DNA of 64,000 nucleotides, taken from contig OX597826.1 in assembly GCA_951406725.2 (NCBI GenBank), positions 13,268,001 to 13,332,000 on the forward strand, read 5' to 3'. Each line of letters begins with the position of its first letter. The stretch's first letter is position 1. The translations under genes and the position numbers were made by a program. The notes under the pieces are model-generated. The model made no database searches. It was not told the DNA's origin and saw nothing but the letters and a program-made list of their open reading frames with translations. This document shows, in pieces, positions 13,223 to 26,660 of this stretch. This DNA is from Octopus vulgaris. Its lineage: Eukaryota.

Positions 13223-14013
13223 ACGTGCATGCGTGTGCAGGCACACGTCTAACATGCATATTGTTGCTGCCCAATTGAAGACATTCCAATCATGCACACC
13301 CCATTTTTTTACTCGGGTTTAACACACACACGCACACACGACGTTATGCCTTAAGACTATTTAAGGGTGATTTAAAAGAAATTTTGCTGCTATTTTTAGT
13401 CGATCAAGCGACCACATCAAGCCTGGCAATAATCGTGTCAACAAATAATAGACGCGCGCGCAAATGAGTATTTCTGCAAAATAGCGCATGCAAATGTGCA
13501 CGCGTACATGCAAGGACAGGCGCACGTTTGCTGACGGGTGCAATGAGCTAAAACATTATTCAGCCGCCTATCATTATGTAAATTTTTGCAGAGCTAAAAG
13601 AACCCCGGGTAACAGGCTCCACCCCACTAAGTGCCCGGGGTACATGCATGAAACCGAAATACGACAACCCCGCACATGGGTAGCTAGAAAGGTCTGCGAC
13701 GACGGCAGTGATGATGATGTTGATGATGCTGATGTTGATGATGCTGATGTTGATGATGATGATGATGCTGATGCTAATGATGATGATGATGATGATGATA
13801 GACCAACAGTCAGTGTACACACATAAACGCAATCTCTCCTCTCTCTCTCTCTCTCACTGGCGCACGCACACACACACACACATACAGTGGCACGTATATG
13901 CAAACGGAGACACATGTAAAAACGTAGACAAGCACACACGCACATGCAGCCGTACGGATAAACGCATAATACTCGCATACTCATATACGCATCTGAATGA
14001 AAAGTACACACAC

Positions 14014-14082
<69 letters not shown>

Positions 14083-14258
14083 CACACACACACGCTTCTA
14101 TACAATGCATGCATATATCCATGTGTGCAGGTTGTCCTAGAAGCAAAGTAGCATTTAAACTTGTTTTATACTCGAGATGACAGACTACCATGACACTTGT
14201 TATATATATATAAGTATATACATACATACATGCATACATACATACATACATACATACA

Positions 14259-14292
<34 letters not shown>

Positions 14293-14551
14293 GGAATTCC
14301 TCCTCTGTTTGTTTTTTATGTTTTATTTATATTCTTTATGATATTAATGTAGAATATAGAATATATAGTATAAATAGTATATATAGTAACATGAAATGAA
14401 GTATTGATTGTCTTATTGAATAGATGAAATATTGAATATAAAATATTAAGGGACTAGTATACTTTCTTGCATTATAACAGTCTTCAAGGTCCCAAGTTGT
14501 GACAGGAGTGTTTCAACATGCAACATACATACATGCATATATATATACATA

Positions 14552-14686
14552 TAAAAGTTTAGTAAAAATTTAGGTTCAGTTGAATATGATACTTAAAAGT
14601 TAAAGGCACAAGAATTTAGTAGGGTATTCTCCATATGATTCAAAATGGGGTGATTATAATCAAAATAAGCAACAAAGATATCCAGA
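14552..14686. mobile_element. TA-tract-embedded repeat fragment (same family as 45102 and 46138)
   Basis: Contains ATCAAAATAAGCAACAA..ATATCC and the reverse complement of AAGTACCATATTCA..TAAATTTTGCTGAA. Confidence 0.65.
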
Positions 14687-15337
14687 TATATGTATGTATG
14701 ATGCATGTATATCCACACACACAAACACACACATACACACACACATATATGTATATAGTGTTCATACGTGCAAATAGTGTGTATGCGTGCTCGCTGGTGT
14801 ATGATGCATTCAAGCGTATTCGTGTTTGCGTGCAACGACAAATAGCTATGCATTATTTCATAACAACTGTCAACTGAACAATTATTCTCCACGTCTGCAT
14901 CAATAGGTATTTACAAGCATGCATGTATATGTTGCATGCCATGTGCATATGATGTCTAGATGCACTGCACCCAGGGGCTATGATGCTAAAATACCCGGAT
15001 CCTTTATTTATTATCATTATTATTTTCTTTTTTTTTTTTTTTTGGTAGCTCCATTTCTTGCATCGAGGTTTGTCGAGTTAGAAGTAAAGGAGTGTAGTTA
15101 TGTATAAATTACCTTTTTGTGTATGTTTTGTATGCGTTTGTGTATGTGATGCTTGTGTGAGGTGAATGTACGGTGTGTGTTGAATGATTCGTTGTGTATG
15201 TTAGAGATAGATAGAGAGATGAATAGAGAGAGGGGGGAGATGGGGGAGAGAGGGGGAGGTGGGGGGTTATAGCTCCAGGTTTATCGGTCGGCAACGAAAG
15301 CATTTTGCAGCGAATATTGAGTAAGTATGCATATAAT

Positions 15338-15804
15338 GAGGAGGAGGAGGAGGGGGGGGAAGGAGGAGGAGGAGGACGACGACGATGATGATGATGATGA
15401 TGATGATGATAGCAGCGGTGGTGGCTGTGGTGGTGATGATGATATGGTGGTGGTGGTGGTGGTGATGGTGGTGGTGGTGGTGGTGACGGTGGTGGTGGTG
15501 GTGGTGATGGTGGTGGTGGTGGTGGTGATGGTGGTGGTGGTGGTGGTGGTGGTGGTGGTGGTGATGGTGGTGGTGGTGGTGGTGATGATGATGATGATGA
15601 TGATAGCAGCGGTGGTAGCTGTGGTGGTGACGATGATAAGGTGGTGGTGGTAGTGACGACGACGACGACGACGACGATGATGATGATAACGATGATGATG
15701 TGGAAAAGCGATGAGGTGACGGTTGGAGGGGTGTCGGTGGAAGATGAAGTTATTTAGATGGAGAAAGAAAGAAAGAAAGAAAGGAAGAAAGAAAGAAAGA
15801 ACGA

Positions 15805-15839
<35 letters not shown>

Positions 15840-15982
15840 GAGGGAAGAAGGGAAGGAGGGAAGGAAGAAAGAAAGAAAGAAAGAATGAAAGAAAGAAAGA
15901 AAGGAAGAAAGAAAGAAAGAAAGAAAGAAAGGAAGAAAGAAAGAAAGAAAGAAAGGAGGGAAGAAGGGAAGGAGGGAAGGAG

Positions 15983-16055
<73 letters not shown>

Positions 16056-16085
16056 GAAGAAAGAAAGAAAGAAAGAAGATGGAAA
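15338..16085. repeat. Compound GAG/GAT/GGT and (GAAA)n microsatellite block
   Basis: Direct inspection. Confidence 0.95.
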
Positions 16086-16721
16086 GGAAGAAAGGGGTTA
16101 GAAAAGGATGCTGCAAAAATGTAGAAAACACATGAAGAAAGAAAGGGAAAAAACCGGAATACTTTAGGGATAATAAGACGAAAATGAGGACGAGGACGAA
16201 GTGGAGGAAGAAGAGGAAGAAGAAGATGGGAAGAGTAGAAGTTGCAGAAATAAGTTGAAGGGAGCTATCTTTTTGCTCCTCTTTCCATCACTCCAACCAT
16301 CCGCATCAGTAACATCTGAGGCAACCTGACTCCCATTTGACTCTGCCTCGCATCCGATTTAACACTAGTCTTCGCGAACTGAAGGAAGAACCTATAGGCG
16401 GATGCTCGTGCTGCTAAGAGTAGCAGCCAAATTTATCTCCCTAAATCGCACGTTGCGATTTCCAAACTTTAATGTTGCAACCCTCACTTCAGGGGGTTGC
16501 TGGCAAATATATTAAAGGGTCAATCCAGCAACTACATCATAAATACTAAATAGACTCGATAGTGTATTCATAGATCATAATAGGGAAACCAATTTCTTTT
16601 TAACACTGTTATGAAGTATTGTGCCATTAGGTGGCAGAAGGCGGACAGAGGGGACAGTGGGATAATTAGAATGAATCAAAAATAAGGACCGAAAGGGTAG
16701 GTGATATAGTGGATGACATAC

Positions 16722-16957
16722 CTATTTCTTTACTACCCACAAGGGGCTACACACAGAGGGGACAAACAAAGACAGATAGACACGGATTAAGTCAATTATA
16801 TCGACCCCAGTGTGTAACTGGTACTTAATTTATCGACCCCGAAAGGATAAAAGGCAATGTCGACCTCGGCGGGATTTGAACTCTGAACGTAACGGCAGAC
16901 GAAATATGGCTATGTATTTCGCCCGGCGTGCTAACGTTTCTGCCAGCTCGCCGCCTT
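16722..16957 (-). mobile_element. SINE family A, full monomer with 16-bp TSD
   Basis: atagtggatgacatac is duplicated immediately on both sides. Confidence 0.92.
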
Positions 16958-17699
16958 ATAGTGGATGACATACCATCAACAGACATCGTGTGTTCGTTAA
17001 GTTGTATGTAAAACTTCGTCGGAAATTCATTAAACAAACTAATTTTCCTTATAATAAATCTGTTCTTGCAATATCATGATGTAATCTGCTCGTAATATAT
17101 TTTCAGATTTAGTAATACACACTAAGGAATAAGGAAAGATTAAATCGTGTTTGTAAACGAGCACGGAAGTCCACTACATACACTATGTTACTGGGGTTAA
17201 ATAACAAATACAACAAAAACAACAGCTGTATAAACATAATCCAGCAATCATTCGACTTCTGTCCGAATCTAGCATCGTCAGCAGGGATTATGGTAAATAT
17301 ATTGACCGTATCATGAAGATCATTTAGCAGGGCATGATGTTCGTGTTGTAGATTAGTTCTTATATCTAGAATCCGGTACCAGAATGTTCGAGTATCTAGA
17401 GCGACGATGTTTTATTTAATCCATAAATCTCATCACACGTACAACGTCAGGAAAAGGAATGGTGAATTAACTACAGTATTGTGCAAAACATGGTCTATCT
17501 TTATAATTTAAAGTATATACAAAAAAAAATTGCCATCCAAACCAATGAGAAAAAATTGCCATCCAAGAGAAACCCCTATCCATCTCATATATCCGAGAAT
17601 TGTATCTTCTCTTATGCATAAAATAGGAATTAAGCTAGAATTTAAAACGACTTTGCCCTACCGAACTTACGACATATGCAAGGATAGATTTTGGATCTC

Positions 17700-18100
17700 A
17701 TTCCAAAACCTTGATAAAGATCCTCATGAAAGACTGTATTGTTACCTGCTGATGAAATTAGGACACTGGTGATAACTTATTGCAAAGACCTGGATGTTCG
17801 AAAAGACATTTGCAGAAAATATATCAGAACAACATTCAGGGGTAACACTATACATTCCATAAAATCTTTGCAAGAGTAAAACCTGCTGAAGAGTTGAAGA
17901 AACTGAAGAACTACATTTAATACAACTTATAAGTTGACAGGTCTTAAATATGAGAAATGCTATCGTCCCTAAGAGTGATGAAAAAAATAAAAAATAAAAA
18001 CTAGCATCGAAAAGCTCTAACGTAGCACGAAACATGATAATGGAACCATCGCTGAACACGTTTGCAGCAAGAAATTATATACAGTTATGGAGCAATAGAC
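17700..18100 (+). pseudogene. Possible decayed hAT-like transposase C-terminal remnant
   Basis: Frame reading MIMEPSLNTFAARNYIQLW resembles the GPxLxxFxxxxxVxxW end of hAT-derived proteins; many stops. Confidence 0.25.
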
Positions 18101-18371
18101 CTTCTTATAAATATAAAATCACCAAAACGATAACTCAGAAAATAAAAAACTGACAACAGGATCAGCAGAATCGGTATATATAGAACTAATTTCAACTCAG
18201 TGAGATTAAGTGAGATCAAGTTTCTTAAAAATGCACAAATTATTGTAATAATACAAACGACTTTAGTTTAATGTGTCAGGGTATTAAATACGCTTCTTTT
18301 CAAAATTATACGATTGAAAGCTTTACCTAAATGGAACCACAAAAGGGATTAATAGCTGTTTATATTTCGCG

Positions 18372-18469
18372 AGTGGCACCTTGGGCAAGTGTCTTCTACT
18401 AGAGCCTCGGGCCGACTAAAGCCTTGTGAATGGATTTGGTAGACGACAACTGAAAGAAGCCCGTCGTAC

Positions 18470-18523
<54 letters not shown>

Positions 18524-18745
18524 GTATGTGTTTGTGTGTCTGTGTTTGACCCCCCAACATCGCTTGACAACCGATGCTGGTGTGTTTACGTCCCCGTAAC
18601 TTAGCGGTTCGGCAAAAGAGACCGATAGAATAAGTACTAGGCTTCCAAAGAATAAGTCCTAGGGTCGGTGTGCTCGACTAAAGGCGGTGCTCCAGCATGG
18701 CCACAGTCAAATGACTGAAGCAAGTAAAAGAGTAAAGAGTAAAAA
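18372..18745 (+). mobile_element. SINE family B, 5'-truncated
   Basis: GTGGCACCTTGGGCAAGTGTCTTCTAC through the GTAAAAGAGTAAAGAG tail. Confidence 0.9.
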
Positions 18746-19376
18746 GAGAAAGTATTTCGAATGATGACCTTCATACATAATGCGAGAGATGGCGAAAAGC
18801 GGACGCGGCAAACAAAGAAGTGCGTAAACGCGAAAGCGAAAACATAAAACGAGTTTGTCCGCCTCCAACTCTTAATATACATATTTACAACAAACACCAA
18901 CTCAGCAAATAAACAGATGAATAAATAAATAAGATTAATGTCGCTGTTCCAGTCACGTAGAGAAGGTCGAGAAAATGTAAGGCGTAGACTAACATACAAG
19001 CAGGGCAACAATAAACAACCGTAACCGCGGCAAAACCCGACTAAAAAGTCATATTACTTGTGGGTTTTTCCCGCCATTTGATTCTGCACATTTTATTAGC
19101 TGACTACGCAGCTTTCTTTTTCAGAATGGCAACGGCTGTTAAATTTTAGATTGTTTCAAAAATTCTCTGTCAATTGAGTTCATTAAAAGAGTCTCACCCA
19201 TTTTTACCATTGTAAATTATTTTTTCACTTGAAACTTTACAATGTTTAACGTATTTATTTATACGGTGGAAAAAAATGGTGGCATAGAAATGGCACCTTT
19301 CATTCAGTAACATCTTAAATTCCAAATTTCTATTTTTATTTTTAAACAGTTGATTTAATCAAGAACAGAGTTTCTA

Positions 19377-19806
19377 GGATCTTTTCTGTTTGAACGGCAG
19401 TTTTTTCTAGCGGTCTCATATGAAATTGTCACCCATAATTATGACCCTAGTATCGATCTATTGCATTTCACTCTGTTTTAGGGTTAGGGTTAGTTAGGGT
19501 TAGGGTTAGGGGTGAGGGAAGGTATCTTTTTTCTTCACAAATAAGCCCAATCTGTTTCTTAAACGAGGGACATTTTCATACGGCACAAAATGTTGTTTTT
19601 TTACCTCAATAGACGTCATTGATTGGTTGAAATTGCAGAAATTGAAGAAAAAAAAACAACAAATATTTTACAAACTATAGAATTTTCTCAATAAAGCCAA
19701 GAGAAAAAGATGTTTTATAAACACATTCTACCAGTATACGAAGTTTAAAATTTTTTAGTTACCTAGAAATTATGTTAAAAAACTGCCGTTCAAACCGAAA
19801 AGATGC
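19377..19806. mobile_element. MITE with GGATC termini, 8-bp TSD and internal TTAGGG repeats (Merlin-like by inference)
   Basis: ~28-bp TIR GGATCTTTTC(T/G)GTTTGAACGGCAGTTTTTT; exact TSD agtttcta at 19369-19376 and 19807-19814; second copy at 34406. Confidence 0.9.
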
Positions 19807-19949
19807 AGTTTCTATTTAAACGCGCACACATCTGTGCATACTATTGTGACCCCATTATCTTGAAAAAGTTGTAAATTAGCAGATGTAATAGCTTTGTGGT
19901 ACGTTGTTCAATCTCTTTGCGTTTTGATTCTAGTATTCTCCAGGCTGCG

Positions 19950-20165
19950 AGGCGGCGAGCTGACAGAGTCGTTAGCACGCCAGGCAAAACGTTTAATCGT
20001 ATTTTGTCCGTCTTTACATTCTGAGTTCAAATGCCACCGAGGTTGACTTTGCCTTTCATCTTTTCGAGGTCGATAAAATAAGTACCAGTTAAGCACTGGG
20101 ATCGATCTAATCGATTTAACCCCTCCAACGAAATTGCTGGCCTTGTGCTAAAATTTGAAACCAAT
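19950..20165 (+). mobile_element. SINE family A, older subfamily
   Basis: GGCGGCGAGCTG head, GAGTTCAAAT box and TTTCATC..GGTCGATAAAATAAGTACCAG core. Confidence 0.8.
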
Positions 20166-21408
20166 AGTCTCCAGGTTGAATCCATGCGTTTTGTCCCATC
20201 TGGTGATAATGAAATAAGTACCAGTCATGTACTGAGTCGATTTACGACTAAACGTTTCTCCTATATATCTATGCGATACGTCAATTTATCAAACCCCAAC
20301 GTGAATGGGGTTGTGGCCATACTGGAACACATCCTTCTTTACGCGTTGAATTGCAATTAAATTCTTCACAAGCTTCACAAAATATTAGGCTTCTAAAATA
20401 ATCTGATCACCTTTCATTGTGATGACAAATTTATAACAGCCGAAGCTGCATCTCAAACTTTGGGTTTCAAAGCAAGAGAATATTTCGGCCCTGAAAAGTT
20501 GCTAAACCTATATAAGGCACATTAGCATACTGCTTACTTAACTGAGAGGCAGACAGAGGAAGCAAGGGGAAGGAGAGAGAGAAAGAAATAGAGAGAGGGA
20601 GCAGCAAGACGAGGCGCGTACACATGCATACGCAAGTATTTAAGAACGCACCAATCATTTGACTGGTTAGCAAACCTTCACTCCCTCATAACATATCACA
20701 ATTAGCCAACCGACGAGCTCTCTCTCTCTCTCTCCAACTCTTCTTCCCGTATCATAATGGTTTATTTTCATCTATACCAGCAAGTCGTTATACCACCTGA
20801 TTCGCCCGCCTTTTCTTTTCACGTCATTCGCCGCCATTGCGTCTCGCACACCCAAATCAGTTGCTAAACAATTGTTTCTAAATAGGCACAAGGTCTGAAA
20901 TTTAGAAAGAGGGTCTAGCTGATTAACTCCAGTACTTGACTGGGACCTTACTTTGTCGAGCCCGAAAGAACCAAAGGAAAAGACGACCTGCGCCTAAATT
21001 GAGCCCAGAACATGAAAAGGCCGAGAAAATATCCCTGAACATTTTAACCGACGTGCTAACGAATTTGCCTGCTCATCACCTTTCAATTGCTAAATAGACC
21101 TTTCTACTGTATGCACAAGGCCTGAAGTTTTAGGGGAAGGGACTAATCGATTACATTGACGCGTGCTCAACTGGCCCTTATTTTATCGACCCCAAAGGAT
21201 GAAGAGCAAAGTTGTCCTCGGCGAAATTTGAAATGGTGCAGTAACACCTGTGCCAGCTCGCCACTTTCGGTTGCTAAATAATGAATTCTACTTACCTCTA
21301 AAATTACAAACACTTGAAAACTCCCTACCTATTGAGGACCCAGCTTTGCTCTTCATCCTTTGGGGTCGATAAAATAAGGGCTAGTTGAGCATTGGGATCA
21401 ATGTAATA

Positions 21409-21838
21409 GGCGTAGGAGTGGCTGTGTGGTAAAAAGCTTGCTTACCAACCACATGGTTCCGGGTTCAGTCCCACTGCGTGGCAATTTGGGCATCTGTCTT
21501 CTACTATAGCCTCGGGCCGACCAAAGCCTTGTGAGTGGATTTGGTAGATGGAAACTGAAAGAAGCCCGTCGTATATATGTGTGTATATATATATATGTGT
21601 GTGTATGTGTTTGTGTGTATGTGTTTGCCCCCCCCCCCCCCCTAACATCACTTGACAATCGATGCTGGTGTGTTTACGCCTCTGTAACTTAGCGGTTCGG
21701 CAAAAAAAGACCGATAAAATAAGTACTAGGCTAACAAAGAATAAGTCCTGGGGTCGATTTGCTCGACTAAAAAGGTGGTGCTCCATCATGGCCACAGTCA
21801 AATGACTGAAGCGAGTAAAAGAGTAAAAGAGTGAAGAG
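21409..21838 (+). mobile_element. SINE family B, full length (tRNA-like head, CORE-like segment)
   Basis: A-box-like TGGCTGTGTGG, B-box-like GGTTCAGTCCC, internal TA/TG tract and GTAAAAGA tandem tail. Confidence 0.9.
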
Positions 21839-22350
21839 TATCAGTCAAGAACTGGGCAAGAAGCGTTGCAACAGACCAATCCCCTCCCTTCTCTAAAAAT
21901 AGCTGACTTTGCACTTAAATAAGAAAAATATTGGCTTACAGTAATATTTTTGGCGCCAGAGAAACGAACAAAAGGAAAACACTTTTGCTTGTTAATAAAA
22001 TAACATAAACTTAACTGGCAAATTGATCCACGAGAAACTGTCTTGGTCCTATATTGTATCGGTGCTCATGACAAAAATACTAGACAGCGTCGAATACATA
22101 ATAAGGGTAAAATACATGTATGCTACGTTATTTGTTAGTACAGATATGATAGGATATCTTATATCCTTATTAAGAGCCAGATTATGTATCAGTTAAATAC
22201 GCAAAGTGACAAGGGGCCAACGAAAATGCGAGGGCATTTACGAACGAAAACCGTTTATCAGTTCCACATTTTTATTTAATAGCTTCTATCCCTTGTGCCA
22301 GTCATTGGATTCAGCCATAAAGGGCCACTGCCTTGAAGGTTCGTCTAAAA

Positions 22351-22612
22351 CAGCAGTTCTCAAATGGGGACCATATGGCCCTTAGGGATCCAAATAAGAT
22401 TTTGTTGTCAAAATTTCTGTACAATAAATTGGTTATACTTCTATTATACGCAAAATGTTTTAACAGTTTTTCTTATACAGTTCTTAATAATATTTAATTA
22501 TAAAAATGTAATGAGATTTTTTTTTAACATTGAATGGTTATGAGGACCCACCCGATTAAAATCAGAATCAAAGGCGTTCATAGGTTTTTAAAAAAATGGT
22601 TGAGAACCACTG
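22351..22612. mobile_element. hAT (Charlie-type) MITE inserted into a family B SINE
   Basis: TIRs CAGCAGTTCTCAA / TTGAGAACCACTG; exact 8-bp TSD gtctaaaa at 22343-22350 and 22613-22620. Confidence 0.88.
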
Positions 22613-22724
22613 GTCTAAAAGGTCGAACAAATCGAGCCCGGTACTTATTTTATCGGACACGTTTGTCGAACCACTAGTTACGGAACATGCCTAAACGAAC
22701 ACCGGTCACAGAGAGGTCTCTCTC

Positions 22725-22762
<38 letters not shown>

Positions 22763-23445
22763 ACACACACACACACTCACATACACACACTCACACACAT
22801 ACACACACACATTCATGCAAACTCACACACATATATCTACCCGACGGGTTTCTTTTAATTTTCGTCAACCAAATCCACTTTCATAGCCTTGGTCGACCCG
22901 GGGCTGTAGCAGAAGACACTTGCCCAAGGTGCCGCTTAGTATGTTATAAATAACTTGCCCATCTATGATGATCTATAATTTTAATAAAATTTACAATCAA
23001 TAAAGCATTTTTCTTTTTTGATTTTGATTCTAAACAGAAGGGGTTTTGACTTTGACATTTTTCGATTCGTCTTTGTGTTCGAAGTGCCTCGTGGCTGAAT
23101 GTTGAGGTGTTGCTTCCTTTGTTTTAAACTAATGCAAAAAAATAAATAAAGAAAAAAAAACCGCGATGTAGTTTGCGAATGCTAATACGTTTGTACACAG
23201 CTATTGGTTGAAAGTAAGGCAGTGTATGCGGATGGTTGACATGTTATGTAGACACCGAGACGTTTGTTTAATCAATGTAGGACTTGGGCTAAATTTGCTT
23301 GCTGAATTCTCGTTTGTAGCAAGTACCGTGGTTTATTTTACAAAATGTATTTAGAGTAGTTTCGAAATAAAATCCTGAAAGTGAATTTTGGCGCCCTTCT
23401 CACATTGTTTGGTATCACCGTTTATTTCACTATTGTTCCATTTTA

Positions 23446-23560
<115 letters not shown>

Positions 23561-23570
23561 TACATACACG

Positions 23571-23829
23571 TGGAGGCGCGTGGTTTAGTGGTTAGGGTGT
23601 CAGCATCATGATCGTAAGATTGTGGTTTCGATTCCTGGACCGGGCGACGCGTTGTGTTCTTGAGCAAAACACTTCATTTCGCGTTGCTCCAGTTCACTCA
23701 GTTGGCAAAATTGAGTAAGGCTGCGATGGACTGGCGTCCCGTCCAGCTGGGGAACACATACGCCATAGAAACCGTGAAACCAGGGCCCATGAACCTGGCT
23801 AGGCTTTAAAAGGGCGCATTTATTTATTT
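23571..23829 (+). mobile_element. tRNA-derived SINE family D, full length
   Basis: TGGTTTAGTGG A-box, GGTTTCGATTCC B-box, CORE-like TTCTTGAGCAAAACACTT, (TTTA)n tail. Confidence 0.85.
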
Positions 23830-24170
23830 ATACACACACATGCGTATACTAGGACACCGTTTTCATAGAGATAAAGGGAAATATATATACATTGCCTCAG
23901 AAATTTGTGGTTGCTCGACGTGTAGAAATTGCAGCCAAATCACACTTTAACATCTTAAAAATAAACCTTTGTTAAGGTGGTTCTCAGTTCCCTGCACAAA
24001 AGGAAAGTCTAGGCATGCTCCATCAGGGTTAAGCAACATGTAGGAGAAAAAAATGACGGAATGCTTATAGATGGTATGTCTGACATCACAAGTCTAATTG
24101 GTCTAAAAGCTAGCATCTGTAAGAAATAATTCAGCTTTCTTAGTCACGGATAGCACACCTTTGATCATAC

Positions 24171-24383
24171 CTATTTCTGTACTACCCACAAGGGGCTAAA
24201 CACAGAGGGGACAAACAAGGACAGACAGACGGATTAAGTCGATTATATCGTCCCCAGTGCGTAACTGGTACTTAATTTATCGACCCCGAAAGGATGAAAG
24301 GCAAAGTCGACCTCGGCGGAATTTGAACTCAAAACGTAACGGCAGACGAAATATGGCTAACGGTTCTGCCAGCTCGCCGCCTT
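24171..24383 (-). mobile_element. SINE family A with 16-bp TSD
   Basis: acacctttgatcatac flanks both ends. Confidence 0.9.
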
Positions 24384-24442
24384 ACACCTTTGATCATACG
24401 ACCACTTGATCAGTGTTAACCTAATGCTATTCTCTTACTTAT

Positions 24443-24678
24443 GAAGGCAGCGAGCTGGAAGAATCGTTAGCACGCTGGGCGAAATGCTTAGCAGTATTTC
24501 GTCTGCCGTTACGTTCTGAGTTCAAATTCCGCCGAGGTCGACTTTGCCTTTCATCCTTTCGTGGTCGATAAATTAAGTACCAGTTAAGCACTGGGGTCGA
24601 TGTAATCGGCATAATCCGTTTGTCTGTCCTTGTTTGTCCCCTCTGTGTGCAGCCCCTTGTGGGGTAGTAAAGAAATAG
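24443..24678 (+). mobile_element. SINE family A with ~17-bp TSD
   Basis: cta(t/c)tctcttacttatg flanks both ends. Confidence 0.9.
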
Positions 24679-24881
24679 CTACTCTCTTACTTATGGCTGC
24701 CGAGGCAATTTTTTGCGACTAGTCCCATCTGGTAAGTTTGGGCTGCTGATACTAGGCATGCACGGTGTATGGAAAAGAACTAAAGACTAATCAAACCCTC
24801 ACAATTCTACTTGCTTTGTTTCGGTAGCGCAGTGGGCAATGTGTCAGTTTGATAATTTTATTTTAAGATAAATTTTGCCCT

Positions 24882-24912
<31 letters not shown>

Positions 24913-26193
24913 TGTATTTATTTATTTATTTATTGCTGATATGGTGGGGGTACATAATAAAATGCCTGTCCAGGGTTGTATTAGATTAGCGGAATTGTTA
25001 GACCATTGGACAAGATGCCTTGTGGTCTAAGGGTAGAGGACTTAGCTCCGGTTTGGCTCTGCCATCTGGTCTTTATGCTTGTTGCCTTTAATAGAGTTCA
25101 CTTTGTGGCTATCATCCCTGCCAGGTCTCCGGCTCGAGGATAATTTTCTGCCACCAGACTCGGAGGTCTTGGAAAAAGTAAAGTGTCACGGGTGCTACTG
25201 TGTGCGACTAAACGGTAAAACATAATGTGCTCGTCTTTTCTAGGGTGGGGGCATGGTTTGAGGGAAATTTAGCTTCTCTTTCTAGTAGGGTAATTGAATG
25301 CAATGAGAGGTCCCTTCACTATTTGGTCTCGGTAGCGCTGCAGAGAGTGCGTCATTCCAAATTATCTATATTAAGTGAGGGTATGTGTGTGTTATTGACA
25401 TGTAAAGGGTGGATATCATTCGTTCCTTTTGTTTGCATTCTCGAAACTTATACCAACACTCTGCAAGCACGCTGGCACCGGGACATATTATCTAAGCTGC
25501 AAACACGTTTTCTGTTTACGTTTTCTGTTGCCAGCCCTCCGCTGCCACATCCATTTGTTTAATTCTCTCAGTCAGCTGAGATCAGGGCACAACCAACAAG
25601 TTATCTCCACCCATTGAACAAGAGGCCCGAACCAAAAAAAAAATAATAATAACAAAAATATATATAAGAAAAACTGAAAAGCAGGCGAACAAACGAAGCA
25701 AGGGGGTAAGTAAATGACACGCACGGGGTTATGGGAGATTATAGCAAGCTAGCGGTTTCTTAGCATGCCGACTTCATCTGTTGGCACGAGACTCCTCCAT
25801 ACACTGGATTGTTCGTTCTTTGCTCCCTCATCCTCCCTCCTCACTTTTTCTTTTTTAATTTCCTTTCACACGAGGCCGAGGCAAGGGAAGCAAAGCAATT
25901 TACTTTCGCTATGAATGGGATATGGTTGTTTGGCTGGGATCTTTTTTTTTCTTTAAACACGTATTTTTTTTTTTTTAGTAAACCAGTAAGAAATAAAGGC
26001 AAGAGTATTTCTCTCTCTCTCTCTCTCTGTAGTTTGCTCGACCAAACCAAACCCAAACCCAAACCTCTCACAAATCACATATATAACGATCTTAAAAAAA
26101 ACACAAAAACGGCATTGGATGATATGGTCTTAAATAAATTAATTACAAAAATAGTATGGTCAAAACTAGAATATTTTTGATCATATAACCGCT

Positions 26194-26407
26194 CTTTTAC
26201 TCTTTTACTTGTTTCAGTCATTTGACTGTGGCCATGCTGGAGCACCGCCTTTAAGTCGAGCACACCGACCCCAGGACTTATTCTTTGTAAGCCTAGTACT
26301 TAGTCTATCGGTATATTTTGCCGAACCGCTAAGTTACGAGGACGTAAACACACCAGCATCGGCTGTCAAGCGATGTTGGGGGGACAAACACAGACACACA
26401 AACGTAT

Positions 26408-26471
<64 letters not shown>

Positions 26472-26660
26472 ATATATATATATATACATACATATATACG
26501 ACAGGTTTCTTTCAGTTTCCGTCTACCAAATCCACTCACAAGGCTTTGGTCGGTCCGAGGCTATAGTAGAAGACAGTTGCCCAAGATGCCACGCAGTGGT
26601 GCTGAACCCGGAACCATGTGGCTCGTAAGCAAGCTACTTACCACACGGCCATTCCTACGC
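26194..26660 (-). mobile_element. SINE family B, full length
   Basis: Reverse complement of the 21409 copy. Confidence 0.9.

Noticed and set aside
19478-19515. Telomere or chromosome-fusion relic
   Set aside because: The TTAGGG repeats are internal to a TSD-flanked MITE present twice.
23571-23645. tRNA genes at SINE heads (also 21409, 37660)
   Set aside because: A/B boxes continue into SINE bodies; no full cloverleaf or oligo-T terminator.
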